DNA of 50,638 nt from a virus (lineage: Duplodnaviria > Caudoviricetes): positions 1 to 50,638 of the IMG/VR virus record IMGVR_UViG_3300044617_000880. One strand, written 5' to 3'. The notes under the pieces were generated by a model. It searched no databases. It was not told the origin of the DNA and worked only from the letters and a program-made list of their open reading frames with translations. Each line of letters starts with the position of its first letter. Position 1 is the stretch's first letter. Position numbers and translations under genes: made by a program. This document shows, one piece after another, positions 43,714-50,638 of the stretch.

Positions 43714-46349
43714 TAGACTCGTCTCCTCTGTGTATCAAGTATCCGTCCAGTCAGCGAGAATGCAAGCAGCTTGATTTCCACGCCACAGACGGGGAACACA
43801 AACGACGGGCTCAACGAGGCCCCCATGACACCGTGCTGCCCAAACGAGGCGCGCGGCATTTCATTACCTACATAGCTAACCGTGCTGACCTTGGTACCAC
43901 TCTGGTTCACCGGGGTAGCCGTGTAGATCGGGGTGTCTGAAGTTCCCTCGTAGACCTGTGCACACCACGACTGCGTAAAGGTGGGCGAGTAGGTACCGCT
44001 GATCAGTTCCACGTAGGCAGCCGCGTTGGTCACCTGCTTCTGGCGGAAGAAGTCCTTGAACTCCGGCTGGTCAGGCTGCATCTGGAACCCGATGTTGCCA
44101 CCTGTCCAACGCACCAGGATGGGGGCCACGCTCCAGTTGGAGTTTGCATACGTTGCCGAACTACCGGCGGTAGCCATATCCGCTACCGTGGTCCTGGTCA
44201 TGGTGCCGTCCAACTTGTAACCCGCACAGTCAAACTCATCGGCGGTGGGAGTAAGGGGCGGCGGGGACCCAGTGGTAAACTGCACATTCCGAGCAGTCCC
44301 CCCACAGAGGTTGGTACCGCTCAGGGAGCGCTCGTAGTCCACGATGTACACGCCGTAGGTACCAGAGGCGTCATGGCGCTTGACGAACAGGGACCGGCGG
44401 ACGTTCTTGCCGCTCACGATCCAGTTGCCGCTGCGCATGTGCTTGAAGGGCAAGTCCTTGAGCATGGTGATTCGGTTGGTACCAAACCACATGCAAGCGG
44501 CTTCACCGTCCGGGCCCGTAACCGAGGGCTTCAGAATGGTGAGGCACTGGCCGGTAGCGTCAAATGCCATCTTGAGGTTGGCCTTGGCCGAGGCCCAGTC
44601 CACGTTCAGCAGGGTGTCCAGACTGGTCACGTCTTCCAGCTGGCCGTCTGCAGAGATAGCCTTTAAGCCGGCACCCGACACGAGATATGTCATGGTGCCG
44701 ATGGCCTCGAGGGTGTCCTTGCCCGCCACGCCGTAACCCAGGTGCATCTCTTCCACCTTGATGAAAGAGTCGGCGCGGCTGATCTTGTACATGCGATCCG
44801 TCGAGAAGCCCAGTATGGCCATGCCCACTCGACGCATGGCAATCACTTCATTACCAGGAGTCTGGGGCACCCACCTACTGAACTGGCTGAAGTTCTCCGG
44901 CTGGGTATCCAGGGTCGTGCTCCACCGCAGATCACCCACACCTGGCGGCGGGTTGGGAGGCGTGACGCCAGTGACCGAGTCGGTCAGCGTTGCAGCCGTA
45001 TTGCCCAGCACGCGACTCACAAACAGGGTAGACCCCAGGAACTGAGCCACACCCCCCTGTGGGGGGACATTGTCAGATCGGGTGCGACCAGCAAACGTGT
45101 CCTGATACACCAGCTGGGTGTCAGCCACGCGCACGTTGATGCCCTCTGGAGTAACTATTGAAGTGTCCGCTGGGGCTGTAATAATGCTGTCTAAGTGCAG
45201 GGGGCTGTTTCCGTACAGCGAACCGCCCGCTATGCCTTGATTTACCGTGCGATAGATCAGCGCCTTGTTATACACGCCCGGGGTAGTACCCACACCACGA
45301 ACCCACGCACCGCCGCTGTAGTAGGAGGGGAACCACACCCGCAACATGATGGGCAGGTTCTGGTCAGCGTTGCCATTCCTAGGCATTTCAAGGTAACCGA
45401 TCTCGGAGATCTGACTCTTGCGGCCAGTCGTCGAATCGAGGAACTGCACGGCAAATCCGTAGTTTCCCGACTTGTACAGTGTCTTGCCTGTGTTGCCACG
45501 CTTGTCCACCATAACTGCAAGGCGGCCAGTGGTAGACGCCGTTGCCACACCTGGGTTCACAACTGCAGTGGCAGTTGCAAGCGAAGAGTATCCGCCGCCA
45601 GTAAGAGTAATGCCCGGGGGACTTGCATTGTCATAACCCGAGCCTTGGTCGGTAATCACAATGCTAGTAACCGTACCACTAGAGATGACAGCGTAACCTT
45701 GCGCTGTTCTTCCTGGCTCTGTTGGGGCAGTAAAAGTAAGAACAGGGGGTGAGGTGTATCCAGAACCGGCATTGGTGATTGTTGCACTAGCCACGCCGCA
45801 CGGTGCCGAAATGGTACTGGCAGCTCCGGTGTCAAGCTGGGTTTCCACCGTAGGCACAAGGCCAGGACCAGCAGGCAGCTTGGTCAGGGTGGGAGTTCCG
45901 GAAGCGACGTACACCACCTGCGCTGGGTAACCACGGATATAAATGTAGGCGTACCTGCCAGAGCACTGGATGTCCACCTCAAGGCCACTAGCGTTTACCG
46001 TGTGCTGACTAGTAAACGCGGTGGGACTGGATCCGGTAGAGCTCAAGTAGAAATCAAAGTGGGTTACATCTGGTGTTCCAGCCACCTCGCGCACCACAAC
46101 GTAGCCCACGTAGTAGGTGCTTGCGTCGTAAATCAGGGTGATGGGAAAGAAGTTGACCAGCGTACCGGAAGCGCTGAACGTGGTGATGTTCTTGAAAGCG
46201 GGGTGCGTGCGCAGGCAGCCGGGCGTGTTGCCGTCAATGCCGGTCAGTTCCCACGCGATCTCACGAGGTGTGGAAGGGCGAGACTGAGCCTTCGACATGG
46301 TCGTTGGCCCAGTGAAGTTCCATGTCCATTGAGTGTCGTTGTCAGCCAC
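43713..46349 (-). CDS. Tail nozzle / head-stabilisation-like protein (878 aa)
   Basis: Beta-rich with propeller-like segments (LRWS...PENF, DRMYKI, GYGV), located upstream of the ejection-like genes as for P22 gp10/T7 gp12; contains a GSGY repeat insert. Confidence 0.7.
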   Translation of the reverse strand: MADNDTQWTWNFTGPTTMSKAQSRPSTPREIAWELTGIDGNTPGCLRTHPAFKNITTFSASGTLVNFFPITLIYDASTYYVGYVVVREVAGTPDVTHFDFYLSSTGSSPTAFTSQHTVNASGLEVDIQCSGRYAYIYIRGYPAQVVYVASGTPTLTKLPAGPGLVPTVETQLDTGAASTISAPCGVASATITNAGSGYTSPPVLTFTAPTEPGRTAQGYAVISSGTVTSIVITDQGSGYDNASPPGITLTGGGYSSLATATAVVNPGVATASTTGRLAVMVDKRGNTGKTLYKSGNYGFAVQFLDSTTGRKSQISEIGYLEMPRNGNADQNLPIMLRVWFPSYYSGGAWVRGVGTTPGVYNKALIYRTVNQGIAGGSLYGNSPLHLDSIITAPADTSIVTPEGINVRVADTQLVYQDTFAGRTRSDNVPPQGGVAQFLGSTLFVSRVLGNTAATLTDSVTGVTPPNPPPGVGDLRWSTTLDTQPENFSQFSRWVPQTPGNEVIAMRRVGMAILGFSTDRMYKISRADSFIKVEEMHLGYGVAGKDTLEAIGTMTYLVSGAGLKAISADGQLEDVTSLDTLLNVDWASAKANLKMAFDATGQCLTILKPSVTGPDGEAACMWFGTNRITMLKDLPFKHMRSGNWIVSGKNVRRSLFVKRHDASGTYGVYIVDYERSLSGTNLCGGTARNVQFTTGSPPPLTPTADEFDCAGYKLDGTMTRTTVADMATAGSSATYANSNWSVAPILVRWTGGNIGFQMQPDQPEFKDFFRQKQVTNAAAYVELISGTYSPTFTQSWCAQVYEGTSDTPIYTATPVNQSGTKVSTVSYVGNEMPRASFGQHGVMGASLSPSFVFPVCGVEIKLLAFSLTGRILDTQRRRV

Positions 46350-46632
46350 GCTTGCTCTCCAGCCGTTCCAGCCGGGAGCGCATGTCGTTCAAGTCCCGGT
46401 CGTGGATGCGGTCAGTACCAGTCAGGTTGATGGTGGTCTTGACCAAGTCGCTCACCACAGCATGCAGCTCTTCGGTGCTCTTCTGCTGCTGCATGAGGAT
46501 CTGGTCCTTGCGGCCGATCTCGATGGGGATGCTAATCAAGCCATAGATCACGGACACTGCCGTGATTGCCTGGAATGCCAGAGTCGCGTACTGAAACAGG
46601 CTAGGCTTTAGTTGAACAGGCTGTGCATCCAC
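46342..46632 (-). CDS. Single-TM coiled-coil membrane protein (holin-like candidate)
   Basis: YATLAFQAITAVSVIYGLISI transmembrane segment followed by a coiled coil; GAGGAG SD with GTG start. Confidence 0.6.
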   Translation of the reverse strand: MDAQPVQLKPSLFQYATLAFQAITAVSVIYGLISIPIEIGRKDQILMQQQKSTEELHAVVSDLVKTTINLTGTDRIHDRDLNDMRSRLERLESKRG

Positions 46633-46972
46633 AACGAATCTCCTCTGGATTATTCACGGACTTGGACTCTTCGAGGATAACCGACGCCTTCAGAAGAACC
46701 AAGTAGTTGATGGCGTCCACGATGGTGTCCTGCAGGGACTCGTTGACCTGGAACTTGCCCTTGGTCATGTAGGTCGACAGCCGGCTCACCTTGTCCAGGA
46801 ACCGGATGAAGATGCCCTGCTGCACATTGCCCACTCCCAGAAGGGGGCCCAACTGGAAGTTGCGGAAGGGCTGGTCCTCACCGCTTGTGTAATCAGCTTG
46901 CTTCTTACGCATCAAAGACTGGGCATGTACACAGATGTCCTCGTGGATCTTCAGCACGTCATTGGTGTCCAT
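46601..46972 (-). CDS. Nucleotide-modification-associated domain 1 (DUF1599/Nmad1-like) helical protein
   Basis: KKQADY...PFRNF...IRFLDKVSRL...ESLQDTIVDAINY pattern. Confidence 0.75.
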   Translation of the reverse strand: MDTNDVLKIHEDICVHAQSLMRKKQADYTSGEDQPFRNFQLGPLLGVGNVQQGIFIRFLDKVSRLSTYMTKGKFQVNESLQDTIVDAINYLVLLKASVILEESKSVNNPEEIRCGCTACSTKA

Positions 46973-46979
46973 CAGTTCC

Positions 46980-47483
46980 TCACTTTCGGCCTTCGCGTCG
47001 GGCTAACCTAGACAGCACTTCAGCATGGCAACTACCCGGATGTCGGAAGCATTGGAGGATAGACCCGGCAGGAAGACCCTTCAAAGCATTTACCAACTTG
47101 GGGCTAAGTTCATTTCGCTTGTGAACATAGATTCCAAAGTCACGCACCGCATTTTCTACTCGTTCGATGTCAGTAGGAAACATTCCGCGGTAGTCAAATG
47201 GGTTACCAAGCAATCCTTCCCGTGGGGTCTTGGCCGTCAACATAGCCGTAAGTGATTGAGGGGTTGGAATCTTGTTGCGGTCAAGCATGACTGTCTTGCC
47301 CTTACCTCGACCTGCATAAGTTCCCGGTTGGCCTACATACCCTCGAATAAGGTCTGACTTGGGACCAGACAGCAGTTCAGCCAACTGGGCTTCTGTCATC
47401 CCCACTTCGGACAGCGGCATGCGACCGGGAGTCCGGTACATCTTGCTGATGAGAGCAATCATCTCCTCAAGAGGGTTAGGCAT
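46980..47483 (-). CDS. DUF4326-like protein with an N-terminal extension
   Basis: LGNPF...L.G...LQCFRHPGSCHAEVL..LA pattern. Confidence 0.65.
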   Translation of the reverse strand: MPNPLEEMIALISKMYRTPGRMPLSEVGMTEAQLAELLSGPKSDLIRGYVGQPGTYAGRGKGKTVMLDRNKIPTPQSLTAMLTAKTPREGLLGNPFDYRGMFPTDIERVENAVRDFGIYVHKRNELSPKLVNALKGLPAGSILQCFRHPGSCHAEVLSRLARREGRK

Positions 47484-47487
47484 AAAC

Positions 47488-48012
47488 TCAGCCTACCTTC
47501 TCTTTAGCCTTAAGCCATGCGGCGTTGAACTCTGGGTCAGCGGCCCGGCGGGCAGCCAGCCATTCTCGGGCAGTCTCAGGTCGGGATTCGTCGAGGGCGG
47601 CCACAGCGATCTGGGCCTCCTGCACCTTGCGGCGGGGGAGCCAGCCGACGGCAATACGGATGGCGGTTACGGCCCCGGTGGAGTACAGGATCCACACCAC
47701 GAATCCCCCCACGAGGGCGATGAGACCCCACTGGATCAGGGAGGCCCACCAAGGGGTCACGTCCCGGACGCCGGGCAGGGTGGCATGGATTTCCGCTACG
47801 CCCTCACGGATCTGCAGGGCTTCGTTCTTGATGTCGGTGGCGGTACGAATCGACTCAAGTTCTTTGGAAGTGTGGCGGATTTGCTCCGCCAACTTGGTGA
47901 TGTTTTCAGCACTCGCCGAAATGGTGTTGGCCTCCTCAGCGATGTGCTGGGAGGCCGAACACCCTAGAACCAGAGTGACCGAAAGGATCAGCCAAGCTTG
48001 TCGGAGATCCAC
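47488..48012 (-). CDS. Lipoprotein with a C-proximal TM helix (unimolecular-spanin-like)
   Basis: Signal peptide with lipobox LVLG-C17, a coiled coil, then the TM segment WGLIALVGGFVVWILYS. Confidence 0.6.
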   Translation of the reverse strand: MDLRQAWLILSVTLVLGCSASQHIAEEANTISASAENITKLAEQIRHTSKELESIRTATDIKNEALQIREGVAEIHATLPGVRDVTPWWASLIQWGLIALVGGFVVWILYSTGAVTAIRIAVGWLPRRKVQEAQIAVAALDESRPETAREWLAARRAADPEFNAAWLKAKEKVG

Positions 48013-48107
48013 GACGAGATCTTGCCCAGGGGCAGGATGTTGCCACCGATGTAACCAAAGGCAAAGAGCATGACACCAAACCAGATGCTACCGATGAATG
48101 CGTCCAT
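47988..48107 (-). CDS. Small membrane protein (39 aa), holin-like candidate, not in the ORF track
   Basis: AGGAG SD; MDAFIGSIWFGVMLFAFGYIGGNILPLGKISSWISDKLG. Confidence 0.68.
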   Translation of the reverse strand: MDAFIGSIWFGVMLFAFGYIGGNILPLGKISSWISDKLG

Positions 48108-48151
48108 TTGTTTCTCCTAACCCCCCGACGTGGGGGGACCCGCAAAGTATA

Positions 48152-48643
48152 TCACCACTTCCCAAGAGGGCACTTCTCTTCTGGGATCTTTACTTTCAAA
48201 GCCGTGTAGCAGCCGCACATCTTGCAGCTCTTGCCGGTCCACTGGTCACACCCCCCACACACGGCAAGACGGGCCTTGGACTGTTCGGTCTCAGGGTAGG
48301 TCATGGCCTTTGCCGCTTTCACGGCACCCTTAGCGTAGTGCATAATTGAATTTTGCTCGACTGGTTTGTGGCTTGGTGGAGCCATCGCCGGGTCGACAAC
48401 TTGTGCATTGTTTTGGGCCGAGAAGATCAAGGCCTTGTTCAACGCAAGAAGGGTAAACATGACCGTGAACTGCTCCTTCTTGTTCTTCGGCAGTTCAATT
48501 GGAAACTGGCCTCCAGCTTTTCGGTAGGCCTCAATGATTGCGGGGGTGTGCTTGACAAAGACACCGGTCAACGTATCGTTGATCTCTTTGACAAACTCTA
48601 GAAGCTCTGGGGGCACAGGTTGATCGGTAGGTTCGGTTTCCAC
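48152..48643 (-). CDS. Protein with a C-terminal Cys-rich domain (DUF6171-like)
   Basis: RLAVCGGC...CKMCGC...K...EKCPLGKW; AAAGGA SD with GTG start. Confidence 0.7.
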   Translation of the reverse strand: METEPTDQPVPPELLEFVKEINDTLTGVFVKHTPAIIEAYRKAGGQFPIELPKNKKEQFTVMFTLLALNKALIFSAQNNAQVVDPAMAPPSHKPVEQNSIMHYAKGAVKAAKAMTYPETEQSKARLAVCGGCDQWTGKSCKMCGCYTALKVKIPEEKCPLGKW

Positions 48644-48657
48644 GATTTAGGATCCTT

Positions 48658-49734
48658 TTAGGGGCAATCGCCACACCCAGTGCAACTTGCCGTAGTTGTG
48701 GTTGGCCCGACGCTAGAGATTATGGTACTACCGCTGCACGGGCCGGAACAAACTCTAACTTCAACGCTTTGACCACTAACTAGGGTAACAGGTCCGCAAT
48801 CATCGGCACAAACCTTGACCCCAGAAGTAGTTGTGGTGTTTACATACGAACCTGTTATGGCTACAAAAGAAGTTCCACACTGTGTAAATGAAGTTTGATT
48901 CCAATTGATGTCATAGTCCCTTAGCAACTTGCAGTAAGCCCATGTAGTAATTACTTGACTGCTTGACCTAGTCCTGTTCATGCAGGACACAATTCCTGAG
49001 AGAATGCACCTGTAACCACTGCAGTCCACACAGTTTGGTGTGCCCGCACATGGAGCAAAACCAACGTCCCACCCGTTAGCAAGAGCTTCACAGTTGGTAT
49101 TTGCTGGAGTGTCAGAGCAGTTTCTTCCTGGATCACTGTTGCAATTCGAACCAGTTGAACATTGAACTAAATCACCGTCTTGAAGAATGTCGTTGCTAAT
49201 GATGCTGCAAATAACACAGTCGTTGTCAAGCAGACCATCTCCAGTGCGGTCTACACAATCCCTGTCTACACACGCTGTGGTCGAACTAAAACTACCGCCC
49301 AAAGCTTCACATGTGCAGATGTCCATGTCGTCATTGCAGTCCCCGTCTGGGAAACAGCAAGAACCAATTGCACCGCAGTAGGCTTCATTGCAGGTTTCCG
49401 GTGGCGAACTGGGTGAGATAGATACCCCCCCGAGGTACTCACAGTCGCAAGCTTCTATACCGTCAATCCGCCACGTCCCACCAAGACAACAAGTTACTGT
49501 GCCCGTAAGTGCACACTCACAGTACTCCGGATTAAGACACTCGGATGATGTGCCATCACCTCCATAGACACCATTAAGAACATCAGTGCACTCTGTCTCT
49601 GTAATACCCCCAATACAACCATATGCCGCGGTACAGCAAGCACCCGTGTTAGAGCAGCAGCAAGCGGAGTTGGATGCCAAGCTGGTTCCTACTCGAAGGA
49701 GGGAAGATGTTCCTGCCTTGATGTAGAGGGGCAT
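48658..49734 (-). CDS. Cys-rich repeat protein, fibre/adhesin candidate (358 aa)
   Basis: Three GACC-type repeats (TGACC, VTCC, IGSCC...C...GG) and many further Cys; AT-richer codons. Confidence 0.78.
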   Translation of the reverse strand: MPLYIKAGTSSLLRVGTSLASNSACCCSNTGACCTAAYGCIGGITETECTDVLNGVYGGDGTSSECLNPEYCECALTGTVTCCLGGTWRIDGIEACDCEYLGGVSISPSSPPETCNEAYCGAIGSCCFPDGDCNDDMDICTCEALGGSFSSTTACVDRDCVDRTGDGLLDNDCVICSIISNDILQDGDLVQCSTGSNCNSDPGRNCSDTPANTNCEALANGWDVGFAPCAGTPNCVDCSGYRCILSGIVSCMNRTRSSSQVITTWAYCKLLRDYDINWNQTSFTQCGTSFVAITGSYVNTTTTSGVKVCADDCGPVTLVSGQSVEVRVCSGPCSGSTIISSVGPTTTTASCTGCGDCP

Positions 49735-49737
49735 GGC

Positions 49738-50280
49738 TTAGGTGCAAGTTTCGGTGGGGATGTTAATTGCGCTACCAGATGAGGTAGAGGCAATCAGGCC
49801 GTTGGTGAAGTTCAATACCGTAGTGCTAAATTGCAGGTTGCTACCAACCAACGCAGCGCCGGTGATGACGGTCACGGAGGTTGTGGCTCCGGAGTCAAGG
49901 ATGGTGTAGATGTTCTCAATCTGGTTCAGCGCTTCGCTGAAAGACATATTGGAAATCATTTGGTACTGCTCAAACGTCATGTCTTGGAAGTTTTGAAAGC
50001 CAAACTGTGCAAAGTTAATTGTGGGGTCTAGTTGAATCCCCATCCCACCAGCTCCGCCCACACTAACACTAAGGCTGTTATTTATCTTGGGCCCACCAAA
50101 AGACATGGTGGTACTCAAGTCAATTTGTGTCCCCCCACCGGTGCTGCGCTGCGGGCTCTGGAATTCATCGTCGAGGAGGACGGCGCGGCGATTGGGGACC
50201 TGGGACCAGCCAATGGAGCGGCTGTCCCGGGGTTCGAATGTGCTCTGGGGGGCCTGATACCACAGGCTCACGGACGCCAC
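49738..50280 (-). CDS. Putative tail/fibre-attachment structural protein (180 aa)
   Basis: GAG SD with GTG overlapping the adaptor stop; C-terminal ..LNFTNGLI.. beta motif. Confidence 0.6.
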   Translation of the reverse strand: MASVSLWYQAPQSTFEPRDSRSIGWSQVPNRRAVLLDDEFQSPQRSTGGGTQIDLSTTMSFGGPKINNSLSVSVGGAGGMGIQLDPTINFAQFGFQNFQDMTFEQYQMISNMSFSEALNQIENIYTILDSGATTSVTVITGAALVGSNLQFSTTVLNFTNGLIASTSSGSAINIPTETCT

Positions 50281-50638
50281 CTCGGGTTGTCGCGGGTGTC
50301 CTTCGCGTAGCCCTTGCCAGTGCGGAGGTTCATGTTCGCCAGGTTGTCACCAATCGTCTTGATGGCCGCGCGATACTGCTGGGTCAAGAGCTGGTTCTGA
50401 GCCTGCGAGATCTTGCGCCATGCACCCAGCTTGAGAGCTGCGGCAACAGCAATGGCTTCAACCATACCCTGCGACTGTGGCGGGCACACTTCGTAAGCGT
50501 AGTTGCCTGCTGCCGCGGTGAACGGGCGGGCAAGAGTTGCCACTCGGGTCGACGGGTTGTAGGAAGCAATGACGCGCTCCTCCGTCACACCAAGAGTGGT
50601 GCCACCGGCATTGCTAAGAAGTCGGACAAACTGACCTG
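50268..50638 (-). CDS. Putative head-tail adaptor, 3' part (continuation of 1..701)
   Basis: Same frame and sequence as the 1..127 overlap; ends ...DNPRWRP stop. Confidence 0.65.
   Translation of the reverse strand, partial: GQFVRLLSNAGGTTLGVTEERVIASYNPSTRVATLARPFTAAAGNYAYEVCPPQSQGMVEAIAVAAALKLGAWRKISQAQNQLLTQQYRAAIKTIGDNLANMNLRTGKGYAKDTRDNPRWRP
50512..50638. repeat. Terminal direct repeat, right copy
   Basis: Identical to bases 1-127. Confidence 0.95.

Noticed and set aside
50512-50638. 127-bp terminal repeat as a biological DTR
   Set aside because: It falls mid-CDS and equals a common assembler k-mer length, so it indicates circularity of the assembly rather than real genome ends.

Overview
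The window is an apparently complete, circular (or circularly permuted) dsDNA tailed-phage genome of about 50,511 bp. Bases 1-127 are repeated exactly at 50512-50638, and one CDS reads through the join. It has two arms. A ~33 kb minus-strand arm (16188 down to 1, wrapping through 50511 to 34047) carries the large terminase, portal, scaffold, major capsid, a cluster of small basic proteins, an adaptor, a Cys-rich fibre-like protein, candidate lysis genes, a nozzle-like tail protein and several large low-complexity proteins that are probably ejected with the DNA; this layout is podovirus-like. A ~18 kb plus-strand arm (16227-34070) carries an SF3/D5 helicase followed by an iteron-type origin, small early genes separated by GC hairpins, a MoxR ATPase-VWA pair, a UDG, a family A polymerase, ERCC4 and PD-(D/E)xK nucleases, a Sak4-like ATPase and two SSB-like proteins. 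I found no integrase, repressor, tRNA, CRISPR array, reverse transcriptase, primase or endolysin. The most unusual signals are: a shared C-terminal tag (PLRSLGGLxRG) on two otherwise unrelated neighbouring basic proteins, with related (N/D)PLxxL motifs elsewhere; a 13-aa leader-like peptide plus terminator in front of the largest gene; a UDG combining family-4 and SMUG1-type motifs next to a PolA with non-canonical motifs; a recurring GGGGGTGG...CCACCCCC hairpin; and a unimolecular-spanin-like lipoprotein. All family names come from motif recognition by eye, not database searches.
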